From positions 47,122 to 111,121 of the forward strand of contig CAVPIL010000003.1 of assembly GCA_963704985.1 (NCBI GenBank): 64,000 nt of DNA, given 5' to 3'. Origin of the DNA: an uncultured delta proteobacterium. Lineage in GTDB: Bacteria > Desulfobacterota > Desulfobacteria > Desulfobacterales > Desulfosarcinaceae. Under the pieces are notes generated by a model that saw only the letters and a list, made by a program, of their open reading frames with translations, had not been told where the DNA came from and searched no databases. Of the stretch, positions 30,606-39,980 are shown one piece after another; position 1 is the stretch's first letter, and the number at the start of each line of letters is the position of its first letter. The position numbers and the translations under genes were made by a program.

Positions 30606-31753
30606 GCCTGATCTCCGCGGACCATCCCGGCCTCGGTCAGCATTCGCTGGATCGTGCTGCCGCACACCCGCTCCACGTTGTCCTGGATCGTCAAGGCAGC
30701 ACATCTCCGTCTGTTGATTTTCTCAGAAACGGTCGGGTCGTGAGCAAACTTTTTCAGTTTGGCGTTGAAGCGCTGCGGCAGGCTTACGAGCTTGCTTCCA
30801 TCGACCAGCTTGTCCGCTAGGTGAACGATCTGCGCAGGATCCAGGAGGGCATCCGTCGCGACGTCGATATGCATGTGCACGGCGACGATGGCGGCCATGG
30901 CAGGAAAGCCCATTGCATTCAAGAGGTCGGCCCCGGCGGCAGCGTGGTTCTTCTTCAACCGGGCCACATCGTGGACCAGGGCTGCGGATCGAACCAGGGG
31001 GACGTCAATGGCGCCGCCGCTCCCACAGATGGCGCGGGCCAGGGATTCGGCCACGCAGGCCACTTGCCGGCAGTGGTCGATTACCGGGCCGGGCAACCGC
31101 TGAACCTTTTCCATGAGCACCCGGCACTCGTCTTCCGTGAGCCGGGTGGATGCAATCAGCCGCCTGGAAAGCCGCTGAAAATCGTCCGGCGCATCCAAGT
31201 CCAGCAGCACCCCTTCATCGGCCACCTGGACTTCCAGGGCTCCTGAATCGAAACGGATCAGCAGGTCCCGCAGTCCGCCCCTGCCGTCATGGGAAAGAAT
31301 GGGATCTTTCAGCTTTCCATGAACCAGCGGCGGGTGTCCCCGCAATCCGTCAAATACCGGATAGACTACCGGTGACGGGCATCGATCGAAGGCATCCATC
31401 AGCATGGTCAGGGTGTGCGGACGAACCAGGGGAATGTCCACCGGGTGAACGAAAAAGGATCGGACATTGGCTGGAAGGGCGTTAACCGCGGCCTGCACGG
31501 ACGAGAACATCCCCGAATCATAGGCCGGGTTGTGAATCACACCCGCGGGCTGGGAGGAAAGTGCAGATCGAATGGTTTCCGAACGGAAGCCGGTCACCAC
31601 CCGGATGTCGGCCACGCCAGCAGCGCGGTAAAGGGAGACCGCGCGTTCCAGCACCGTCTGTGCGCCCAGCTTCATCAGGGGCTTGAATTCCCCCATGCGC
31701 CTGGAATAACCCGCAGCCAGGATGATGGCGGTTGGTTTCCGCTGGGGGGTCAT
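30602..31753 (-). CDS. MocA-like NTP transferase fused to HD domain (DVU_1551-type)
   Basis: AIILAAGYSRRMG.FKPL, HPVDIP, GHPP, DLD.P.D; C-terminal H...HD...AD. Confidence 0.85.
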   Translation of the reverse strand: MTPQRKPTAIILAAGYSRRMGEFKPLMKLGAQTVLERAVSLYRAAGVADIRVVTGFRSETIRSALSSQPAGVIHNPAYDSGMFSSVQAAVNALPANVRSFFVHPVDIPLVRPHTLTMLMDAFDRCPSPVVYPVFDGLRGHPPLVHGKLKDPILSHDGRGGLRDLLIRFDSGALEVQVADEGVLLDLDAPDDFQRLSRRLIASTRLTEDECRVLMEKVQRLPGPVIDHCRQVACVAESLARAICGSGGAIDVPLVRSAALVHDVARLKKNHAAAGADLLNAMGFPAMAAIVAVHMHIDVATDALLDPAQIVHLADKLVDGSKLVSLPQRFNAKLKKFAHDPTVSEKINRRRCAALTIQDNVERVCGSTIQRMLTEAGMVRGDQA

Positions 31754-31778
31754 GGCCACAAGCCTTCCCGGGCAGCGC

Positions 31779-33617
31779 TCATTTGCCGGCCAACAGGTCC
31801 AGGTACCGGCTTTCGGTGAGGATGGTCACTCCGAGCCGGTTGGCCTTGTTGATCTTCGAAGCGCCGACGTTCTGGCCGCAAACCAGATAGTCGGTGTTGC
31901 CGCTGACGGCCGTCTGAACCATGGCGCCCAGCGAACGGGCTTCGGCCTGCATCTTTTCCCGCGAGCCGTGGAGCATCTTGCCGGTAAAAACGATGCCTTT
32001 TCCCGCTATGGGACTTTCTACGGCGATCTGTTCCGATGCCAGGGGGGTGGGCTGGAGATTGAACCCCAAGTCGAGCATGTGGCTAAAGAGCGGCCGAAGT
32101 CGTCGCAGGTCGTCGGCAATGTTGTTGCTGGTGATCTTGCCGAAGCCCTTAATGACCTCGATCCGCTCCGCCGTCAAGGAAGGCACGGCGTCGATGGTAA
32201 CGTGGGCCAGCAGTTTGCGGCTGTCGCCGGTGCCCAGGTCCGAAATGCCGAAGGCCGCCAGGAAACGCCAGTCCTCGACCGGCTTGGTGCGACTGATGGT
32301 GATGGCTTCGGCCAGATTTTTTGACTGAACCGGGCCGAATCCCATGGCGGCGAAATCCGCTTCGCGGAGCCGGTAGACCGCCTCGAGGCAGTCGTGGCCA
32401 TTTTCGACAAGCTTGCGGATGGTTTGGATGCCGAACCAGTCGGCATTTCCCAGAACCTTGAACCAATGTCTGATGCGCTGTTCGATTTGAGCCTTGCAGT
32501 CGCTGTTGGTGCACTTGAGAAAGTCGTTCTGCCAAGTCAGGGGTGTGCTGCAGGAGGGGCAAACCTCGGGTCGTGCGACCTCACCCCTGACTTCCAGAAC
32601 CGTTTCCAGCTTGGGAATGACTTCGCCGCTGCGGATGATTTCGATGCGGGTACCGATGCCGATGCTGGAATTGCGGATATTGCCGGCATGGTGGGCGCTG
32701 ACCCGTCGGATGGTGGCGCCCGACAGCGATACCGGATCCACCTCCAAAACCGGCGTGACGTTGCCGGTGCGGCCCACCTGCCACTGGATGCCGGTCACCA
32801 CGGTCTGTGCCGTCTCGCCTTTGGTCTTGATGGCGATCTGCCAGCGGTAGTGGTGGGCGGTGGCTCCCATCCGTTGCTTTAGCCGATCGTCAGTGACTTC
32901 GGCCACCACGCCGTCGGTGGGATAGTCCACCTTTGCCAGCAGGTCGTTGACCAGACGCGGGGTGTCATGCACGAGCCGGTGTCCATCGACCGTTGTCGCG
33001 GTGACCAGACAGTAGGGAACGAAGCGGACCATCCCGTCATCCAAGGCGGTTTTGGCGTTTTCATTAAGCGTGTCCGAGGAGATAATGCCCACCACCATGT
33101 TGCGCGGGTGCTCGAAAAAATCGGCCATGCGTTCATCGAAATAGGTTTTGACCACCACGATCTCTCCCATGCCATGCCCGCGGCCGCCGATGGGAATGAC
33201 TCCCTTGGCAAAGGCGCTGGAGATCTCGTAACCCACTTCTCCGTTGCCCCGGGTGGTGAACACGCTGCCGTCATCCCGGCCGGCCAGCCCATCCAGTTTG
33301 GGCGTCAATCGGAAGGTGACGGTATTGATCCCTATGGTCTCGGCTTCCTTTTGAACCCGTGCCACGAAGCGTTCCAACTGCTCCCGGGTGTAGGCCTTTT
33401 CGATGGAGAGCATGGGTACGGGATGCCTTACCTCAAGTCGGCCGCTGAACTGCTCCGGCTCCACGGCCTGCAAATACAGGTGGTCCGGCGCGGCTGTGCG
33501 CAACTGTTCAACCAGCGCGTCATATTCGGCATCACTGACGATGGGAGCGCCCTGACGATACGCCTGATTATAGGCTTTCAGCAGGTCGGCCAGTTGGTCG
33601 ATGGTTTCTGGGCTCAT
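31779..33617 (-). CDS. NAD-dependent DNA ligase, divergent LigA-type
   Basis: Y..G.P.VSDAEYD, PMLSIEK, KLDG, TRGNG, DGVV, QVGRTG..TPV, Cys4 zinc finger, HhH, BRCT; ATG 33617 overlaps upstream TGA. Confidence 0.88.
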   Translation of the reverse strand: MSPETIDQLADLLKAYNQAYRQGAPIVSDAEYDALVEQLRTAAPDHLYLQAVEPEQFSGRLEVRHPVPMLSIEKAYTREQLERFVARVQKEAETIGINTVTFRLTPKLDGLAGRDDGSVFTTRGNGEVGYEISSAFAKGVIPIGGRGHGMGEIVVVKTYFDERMADFFEHPRNMVVGIISSDTLNENAKTALDDGMVRFVPYCLVTATTVDGHRLVHDTPRLVNDLLAKVDYPTDGVVAEVTDDRLKQRMGATAHHYRWQIAIKTKGETAQTVVTGIQWQVGRTGNVTPVLEVDPVSLSGATIRRVSAHHAGNIRNSSIGIGTRIEIIRSGEVIPKLETVLEVRGEVARPEVCPSCSTPLTWQNDFLKCTNSDCKAQIEQRIRHWFKVLGNADWFGIQTIRKLVENGHDCLEAVYRLREADFAAMGFGPVQSKNLAEAITISRTKPVEDWRFLAAFGISDLGTGDSRKLLAHVTIDAVPSLTAERIEVIKGFGKITSNNIADDLRRLRPLFSHMLDLGFNLQPTPLASEQIAVESPIAGKGIVFTGKMLHGSREKMQAEARSLGAMVQTAVSGNTDYLVCGQNVGASKINKANRLGVTILTESRYLDLLAGK

Positions 33618-34372
33618 TTTCTGACGGTCGATTCTGCCATTAGATGACTGGCCATGGTCAGCGCCGCCCGGCAGGCCGTCTCCCGGGACGCCTTGAATGC
33701 GGGGGTTTTGAAACCGGGGCGCCACTGGTAATCGGAGAGATCATCGGAAACCACCAGGATGCCTGCCGCCTCCATTTCTCGAAACCCGGCCACCGTGAAA
33801 ATTGCGGAGAGCTCCATCTCCACAGCCAGAGCGCCTTTTGACTGATAGTGTTGCACCTTCTCAACGGTTTCCCGAAAAATGGCGTCGGTGGTCCAGACGG
33901 CACCCTCGTGAAACATGGCCCCATGGTGCTGCAGAGCCAGTCGAACCTGCTGCACCAATGGCCGGGCGGGCAGGGCCACCCGGCATGCGGGGTCGCAATA
34001 GTGCCCCGAAGTACCCTCGTCCACCATGGCGCTGTCCGGTACGATGATATCGCCAGCCTTGATGCGGCGGGATACTGAACCGCACCAGCCGACAAAGAGA
34101 ATCTTCTCAACCCCCCAGACGCCCAACGATTCCACGATCATGGCCGCATAGGGGGCACCGATGAGCGGCCCGGCCAGCGTGAACCGCCGCTGGTTGTCCG
34201 CATGTATCTGAAGGTTGCTCATGTAGAGCTTGCGCTGTTCCACCACCGGCGTGTCCGCCAGGCGTGAGAGCAGCCGCAGGTCGCTTTCCGTGGCCACAAC
34301 GATGGCCAAGGGACCGGTTTCGGGCGGCTTTTTCCCTTTGACGGGGTTAACGATGGCGCGGCGGTCGGGCAT
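33614..34372 (-). CDS. nucleoside phosphorylase (PNP/UDP family)
   Basis: IGAP, GWCGS, DEGTS.HY, WTTDA.FRET, AVEMELSA, VSD. Confidence 0.9.
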   Translation of the reverse strand: MPDRRAIVNPVKGKKPPETGPLAIVVATESDLRLLSRLADTPVVEQRKLYMSNLQIHADNQRRFTLAGPLIGAPYAAMIVESLGVWGVEKILFVGWCGSVSRRIKAGDIIVPDSAMVDEGTSGHYCDPACRVALPARPLVQQVRLALQHHGAMFHEGAVWTTDAIFRETVEKVQHYQSKGALAVEMELSAIFTVAGFREMEAAGILVVSDDLSDYQWRPGFKTPAFKASRETACRAALTMASHLMAESTVRK

Positions 34373-34460
34373 CGGCTTTCAGTGCAGGCCAAGGATCGGA
34401 CGGCGGCATCCAGGATACCGGCCGGCCGCCCGATGATTTTTTTCGTGGCAGGTCAGCGGA

Positions 34461-34715
34461 TCAGGTCGGCCGCTGCAGGTCGGTCAGTTCGTCCTTGATT
34501 TCATCCATGATGTCATACAACCAGAGGATGTCTTCAGTGGTCAGGCGGCCGGCCTTTGCCGGGGCTCGATCACTGCCGTCCTGCTTTTTAAGAATGCGGG
34601 GTCCGATCTGCACCTTGGCTTCACCCTGGTCATAGCGGTTGATGGTCACCAGCAGCCCGGTTTCCGGACACTTCCATTGTTTTAGCACCTTGTCTTTACT
34701 CGCATCAAAGGGCAT
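34461..34715 (-). CDS. small hypothetical protein, possibly PC4/YdbC-like
   Basis: GGAGG RBS; beta-rich core (VTINRYDQGEAKVQIG) followed by GRLT.ED helix. Confidence 0.7.
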   Translation of the reverse strand: MPFDASKDKVLKQWKCPETGLLVTINRYDQGEAKVQIGPRILKKQDGSDRAPAKAGRLTTEDILWLYDIMDEIKDELTDLQRPT

Positions 34716-34732
34716 CGGTTCCTCCAAAAGAA

Positions 34733-34827
34733 AGGATTGTAGGATTGAGGGATGCTGGAATTGAGGGGTTAAAAACAGTCCAATCCTTTTTCAATCCCCC
34801 AATTCCCAAATTCCGGATTCCTCAATT
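34733..34827. repeat. inverted arrays of degenerate 8-mers (long imperfect hairpin)
   Basis: AGGATTGT AGGATTGA GGGATGCT GGAATTGA ... TCAATCCC CCAATTCC CAAATTCC GGATTCC TCAATT. Confidence 0.7.
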
Positions 34828-34845
34828 TGACCGGGCTTGTCCGGG

Positions 34846-36921
34846 TCAGGTAGATATCTGTGAAAAATCGGCGATCTGTCCGAAAACGGCTGATATGGCT
34901 GCCAGCAGGGCCAGCCGGTTGCGCCGAACGGCGTCGTCTTCGGCCATGACCATGACATCGTTGAAAAAGGTGTCCACCGGATCACGCAGGGTGGCGATGG
35001 CGCCCAGGGCGCTGTCCAGGTCTCCCCGATCCATCAGGCGGTCCACCTGTGCGGTTACCGTCCGGCAGGCCTCATGCAGGGCACCTTCTGAAGCGTGCGC
35101 GAAAATGGCCGGATTCACAATGGCAGCTTTGGTTTCCGTGGTTTTTTTGAGGATGTTCTCCACCCGCTTGAAGGCTGCGGCCAGGGGTTCGAAGCCCGGT
35201 TGGCCCTTGAGTTTTTCAAGGGCACCCACCCGACGTTCCACATCGGGGATACGATCCGCCGAAACGCTGGTTACCGCGGCGATGATGTCCTTGGACAATC
35301 CCTCGTCGGCCAGCAAGCGGGAGAGGCGGTTTTTAAGGAACGTCAGCACGGCGGCTGCGGTTTGGGTCGGCGGTTCGGTGCTCTTGTCGGCAAACAGGGA
35401 AACACCCTTTTCCACCAGTTCGGTAAGGGCGATGTTGATTTTGCGGCTGCGCATGATCTGCAGGATGCCGATGCCCTGACGCCGGAGGGCATAGGGATCC
35501 GCGGCACCGGTGGGAATCAGACCGACGGAGAAGCATCCGCAGATGGAGTCGATTTTTTCGGCAATGGAAAGCAGGGCGCCGGTTTCCGTCTCGGGCAACT
35601 GCCCACCGCTGTGGGTGGGCCGGTAGTGCTCCTCGATGGCCACGGCCACATCCGGCGCCTCACCGGCCGCCTGGGCGTAAATTCGTCCCATGACGCCCTG
35701 AAGTTTGGCAAATTCGCCCACCACCTGGCTCACCAGGTCGGCCTTGCACAGATATGCCGCGCGGGTGACATTTTCCTTCCCGTCCGGATTGACCGCATCG
35801 GCCAGCCACCCGGCCAGCGCTTGCACGCGCAGCACCTTGTCGAACATGCTGCCCAGTTTGGCCTGGAAAAGCACGCCTTTGAGCTTCTCCACCCAGCGTT
35901 CCATAGGCACCTTGACGTCGGCGGTGTAGAAATAGCGGGCATCGGAGAGCCGGGCCCGCAGCACACGTTGGTGCCCGGTGGCCACCAGGTCCATGTCCCG
36001 GGTGCGGGTATTGTTCACGGCGATAAAACCGGGCAAAAGTCTGTTGGCCATGTCGATCACAGCGAAGTATTTCTGGTGCTCGCGCATGGCCGTGATGAGA
36101 ATCTCCTTGGGGACCTCAAGGAAGATGTCGTCAAAGCGACCTGCCGTTGCGATGGGGATCTCCACCAGATTGGTGACGATGTCCAGAAGTTCTTCGTCAG
36201 GCAGCACCCGGCCGCCCATGGCCGCCGCCGCCTCCGCCACGACCGCCGATGTCATTTGCCGGCGCTCGGCGATATTCACCACCACGTTGACCGCGGCCAT
36301 CGTCTGCACGTAGGCTTCCGGGGAGGGGATGGTCACCTTGCCCGGATTCATGAACATGTGGCCCAGCGACTGTCGCCCGCTTTTGATCCGGCCGCCCAGG
36401 GTAAACGATACCACTTTGGTGCCATACAGCGCCACGATGCTCTGGATGGGGCGGGCGAATTGAATGGTGAGGTCGGCCCAGCGCATGCTTTTGGGAAAAG
36501 GGGTGGCCAGGATCACCTCAGGCAGGATGGTTTTAAGCAGTTTGGCGGTAGACTGTCCGCGCCTGGTTATGCGGGCGCTGAGGTAGCGGCCCTTGTCGGT
36601 CTGGACCACCTTCAGGCGCTTGACTGGAACCCCGGCCTTTTCAGCAAATTTCAGCGCCGCCATGCTGGGCTTGCCCGTGGGGTCAAAGGCGATTTTTTCG
36701 GGCGGCCCCATGATCTCCTCGCTAACGGTTGCCTGCTTGGGTGCCACCTGGTCCACGATCACCGTCAGTCGCCGGGGTGTGCCACAGGTGCGGGCCTGGC
36801 CGTGGCCGATACTGGCCCCCTCCAGCCGTTTCAAGAGGTTCTGGGCCAGGGCGTCCAGCGCCGGCCGGATGTATCCTGCCGGGATCTCTTCGGCGCCGAT
36901 TTCAAGAAGTAGGGTATCCAT
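34846..36921 (-). CDS. glyS: glycine--tRNA ligase beta subunit
   Basis: LLLEIGAEEIP, TPRRL, FPKSMRW, HQKYF, DPYALRR, RRNRLALL. Confidence 0.96.
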   Translation of the reverse strand: MDTLLLEIGAEEIPAGYIRPALDALAQNLLKRLEGASIGHGQARTCGTPRRLTVIVDQVAPKQATVSEEIMGPPEKIAFDPTGKPSMAALKFAEKAGVPVKRLKVVQTDKGRYLSARITRRGQSTAKLLKTILPEVILATPFPKSMRWADLTIQFARPIQSIVALYGTKVVSFTLGGRIKSGRQSLGHMFMNPGKVTIPSPEAYVQTMAAVNVVVNIAERRQMTSAVVAEAAAAMGGRVLPDEELLDIVTNLVEIPIATAGRFDDIFLEVPKEILITAMREHQKYFAVIDMANRLLPGFIAVNNTRTRDMDLVATGHQRVLRARLSDARYFYTADVKVPMERWVEKLKGVLFQAKLGSMFDKVLRVQALAGWLADAVNPDGKENVTRAAYLCKADLVSQVVGEFAKLQGVMGRIYAQAAGEAPDVAVAIEEHYRPTHSGGQLPETETGALLSIAEKIDSICGCFSVGLIPTGAADPYALRRQGIGILQIMRSRKINIALTELVEKGVSLFADKSTEPPTQTAAAVLTFLKNRLSRLLADEGLSKDIIAAVTSVSADRIPDVERRVGALEKLKGQPGFEPLAAAFKRVENILKKTTETKAAIVNPAIFAHASEGALHEACRTVTAQVDRLMDRGDLDSALGAIATLRDPVDTFFNDVMVMAEDDAVRRNRLALLAAISAVFGQIADFSQIST

Positions 36922-36982
36922 ATTCACCTCGATCACGATGTCACGTTGGATGTTGATTCAAATACGTCCAGCCGGCCGCCGA

Positions 36983-37858
36983 TCATCCCTGCTGCTTGAG
37001 CAGTGGAAACCCCATGGCCTCACGCTGCTTCAGGTAGCCCATGCCGCAGGCTCGGGCCAGGTTGCGGATGCGGGCGATGTACCCGGTCCGTTCGGTGACG
37101 CTGATGGCGCCCCGGGCGTCGAGCAGGTTGAAGGTGTGGCTGCACTTGAGGGTGAACTCATAAGCCGGAAGCACCAACCCTTGATCAATAATCCGTTGAG
37201 CTTCAGCCTCATAGCGGTTGAACAGGTCCAGCAGCATGCTCACGTCGGCCTTTTCAAAGTTATAGGTGGATTGTTCCACCTCCTGCTGGTGGTGGACCTG
37301 ACCATAGGTGACCGTGTCGTTCCACTTCAGGTCATAGACGTTGTCGATGCCCTGGAGGTACATGGCGATGCGTTCCAGACCGTAGGTCAGTTCTACGGCA
37401 ATAGGCGACAGCTCCATGCTGCAGGCCTGCTGAAAATAGGTGAACTGAGTGCACTCCATGCCGTCCAGCCACACCTCCCATCCCAGGCCGGAGGCGCCCA
37501 GGGTGGGCGATTCCCAGTCATCTTCCACGAAGCGGATGTCGTGCTCCAGCGGGTCCACGCCCAGGGCCTTCATGCTCTGCAGATAGAGTTGCTGAATGTT
37601 GGTGGGGGAGGGCTTGAGCAGCACCTGGTACTGATAGTAGTGCTGGAGACGGTTGGGGTTATCCCCGTACCGGCCATCGGTGGGCCGCCGGGAGGGCTGC
37701 ACGTAAGCCACATCCCACGGCTCGGGCCCCAATGCCTTCAAGGTGGTGTGGTGGTGAAATGTGCCGGCGCCCACTTCCAGATCATAGGGCTGAGCCACCA
37801 CGCAGCCCTTCCGGGCCCAAAACCTGTCCAACGTGAGAATCACATCCTGAAAATTCAT
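36983..37858 (-). CDS. glyQ: glycine--tRNA ligase alpha subunit
   Basis: [42 protein letters not shown]. Confidence 0.97.
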   Translation of the reverse strand: MNFQDVILTLDRFWARKGCVVAQPYDLEVGAGTFHHHTTLKALGPEPWDVAYVQPSRRPTDGRYGDNPNRLQHYYQYQVLLKPSPTNIQQLYLQSMKALGVDPLEHDIRFVEDDWESPTLGASGLGWEVWLDGMECTQFTYFQQACSMELSPIAVELTYGLERIAMYLQGIDNVYDLKWNDTVTYGQVHHQQEVEQSTYNFEKADVSMLLDLFNRYEAEAQRIIDQGLVLPAYEFTLKCSHTFNLLDARGAISVTERTGYIARIRNLARACGMGYLKQREAMGFPLLKQQG

Positions 37859-38098
37859 GCGCGTTTCCTCGACGGTCCGTATCAATCGTCCAACGGTTGA
37901 AAGGTTTATATTCGATTGGGATTTTCGGACCAGACGCCAAGTCCGATAAGCGCTCTACGTACCATTATCGATAGGGTTTAACAAGACCCACATTTTTTGG
38001 CCCATGGCCCATGGTCTATAGAACCGGTGATTCAATTATCGGCGCTGCGCTTCTGGAAAGATGCCACTGCTCGAAGCTCCAACGCCAATCGACATTGT

Positions 38099-39184
38099 TT
38101 AGTTGACCGTTGACAACACGCCGTTTGGATCCACCCGGCAATCGAGCAGCTTGGCCGTGGGGCGCCCTGCAAGCATCTTTGCCCATGCCGGCTTCAGGGC
38201 TGTGATGGCATCCTCCTCACCGATGGCCCACAGGCAGCCGCCCCCACCAGCGCCGGTGAACCGGGCGCCGCACCCGACGTCGGCGGCGGCCCCTGCCAGA
38301 CGGTCGCCCATGTCGTCGAGCACCTGGGGGGTCATGGCCTTGCGAATGGCCGTTTCGCGGTTCATGGCAGCAGCGGCCGCCTGAAGGTCCCAGCGGGCGA
38401 GGTCCGCTGCAAAATCCTGGGTCAGACGGACGATCTCGTGCCAGTTATCACGGTGGTTCCCGCTGATGAATTGTTTGACCCAGGTGCTGTTGACGTCCTT
38501 GGAGATGTGGGTGACGCCAAGGTAGGCCACCAGGAGGGAACGGTCCAAGCGCTGCAATGCTTTCCCCTGTATCAGGGGGTGCCTGGAAAAGGGCGCCAGT
38601 TGCGGATCCGCAGGCCAGGCCCAGGCGTTGACCCCGCCGAAAGCAGCTGCCAGCTGGTCCTGCAAGCCGCAGGGTACACCGGCCACGCCCTGCTCGATCG
38701 CGTGGGCCAGAAGAACCATCTGGTCCCGGGAGAATTCCTGTTGGCCCAAGCAATCCAGCACCTTGGAAAAAGCGGCGATCAGGGCAACTGCCGCCACTGA
38801 CGATCCTCCCAACCCGCTCCTGGGAGGTGACGTGGAGTGGATCTGAACGTGAACCCCCGTGGCGCCGAAATAGTCGGCCACGGCGAACATGAGTCCCAGA
38901 GGATGATCGTAGGGGGCGGCTGATGGGTGGAAGGCTGCATCGGCGAAGCCCGCGGACGAGACCACTATGCGATCGCCCGTGGTCGGGTGCAGACTGACGG
39001 TGGTACGCCGGTTTAAGGCGATGTTCACCGTTAATGGCCCCAGGCCTCTCAAGGGGTAGTGAAAGCTGCTGATGTCCAAGGTTCCCCCGAAGTCTATGCG
39101 GCAAGGTGCCGAGGCTTCGATGGGATGGTTGTCCAGCAGCGGCCCGATATTGCCCAGACCTGGATTATTTGCATCGGTTGTCAT
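38099..39184 (-). CDS. GHMP-family sugar kinase (HddA/galactokinase-like); alternative start 39199
   Basis: SAPCRIDFGGT.D, PP.SGLGGSS, G.QDQ.AAAFGG, GAGGGG. Confidence 0.88.
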   Translation of the reverse strand: MTTDANNPGLGNIGPLLDNHPIEASAPCRIDFGGTLDISSFHYPLRGLGPLTVNIALNRRTTVSLHPTTGDRIVVSSAGFADAAFHPSAAPYDHPLGLMFAVADYFGATGVHVQIHSTSPPRSGLGGSSVAAVALIAAFSKVLDCLGQQEFSRDQMVLLAHAIEQGVAGVPCGLQDQLAAAFGGVNAWAWPADPQLAPFSRHPLIQGKALQRLDRSLLVAYLGVTHISKDVNSTWVKQFISGNHRDNWHEIVRLTQDFAADLARWDLQAAAAAMNRETAIRKAMTPQVLDDMGDRLAGAAADVGCGARFTGAGGGGCLWAIGEEDAITALKPAWAKMLAGRPTAKLLDCRVDPNGVLSTVN

Positions 39185-39980
39185 GGATTTTTCTGCCATT
39201 GATCGATTGCCTGACGGCTTCCAGCACCTTCAGGCTTTTCGGGGATTTGCCCATGTGAAAGGGCACAAAGGTTTCCAGAAATGTCAGCCCTTCGGAGATG
39301 GCCGTTGGCGCAAAGCGGATGCGTGCGGCCCGCTCAAGGTCTCCGGTGTCGGTCCACATGAGTTGTTTCAGCGTGCCTTTGGAGATTTTCAGCTGGCCGT
39401 GGGTGGGGATTCCGCAACTCGGGCAGGCAATGCCGCCTTTGGACGGATCCGAGACCACCGATGCATGCCGGATTTGGTCCAGGCAGGTCTTGCAGGCATG
39501 GCAGTGGTCGAAATTGGGACGAAATCCCGCCAATGATAAAAAGCGCATCTGAAACAGGATGCTGAGCACCTCAACGGGCGTCTCTCCACGGTTGAGTTCG
39601 GCCAGCACGTGGGATGTCAGCCGGTAAAGCAGCTCCTGGGGCTCTCCATCGGCCATCCACAGATAGATCAACTCCGCCCAGTAACTGGCGTAGGCGGTTT
39701 TGATGATATCTTCACGGATTTTGAAAAAAGGATCCTCAAGCGACGCTTCCTGGAGCACCGGCAGGCCTTTACCCCTGCCTTGTGACAACACCACGCTGAG
39801 CCGGGAAAAGGGCTCCAGCACACCGGGAAAGCGCTTGGTGCTTTTTTTTGCCGATTTGGCAATGGCGCTGGTTTTCCCTTGAGCCTGTGTGAACAGGGTG
39901 ACGATCAGATCGTAGTCGCCAAATTCGATCCGACGCAGCAGGATGGCTGGGGTGCTGAGACTGGCCATGGTTTCAGACAC
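39165..39980 (-). CDS. recO: DNA repair protein RecO
   Basis: D.IVTLFT...GK...AK.A.KS.KRF, LEPF, CxxC...CxxC zinc site, SLKVL; near glyQS. Confidence 0.92.
   Translation of the reverse strand: MSETMASLSTPAILLRRIEFGDYDLIVTLFTQAQGKTSAIAKSAKKSTKRFPGVLEPFSRLSVVLSQGRGKGLPVLQEASLEDPFFKIREDIIKTAYASYWAELIYLWMADGEPQELLYRLTSHVLAELNRGETPVEVLSILFQMRFLSLAGFRPNFDHCHACKTCLDQIRHASVVSDPSKGGIACPSCGIPTHGQLKISKGTLKQLMWTDTGDLERAARIRFAPTAISEGLTFLETFVPFHMGKSPKSLKVLEAVRQSINGRKIHDNRCK

Noticed and set aside
34733-34827. CRISPR array
   Set aside because: Units are 8 nt, degenerate and inverted with no spacers; no cas genes in the window
37890-38098. Possible T-box leader for glyQS
   Set aside because: No GGTGG.ACC.CG T-box motif or terminator/antiterminator pair seen
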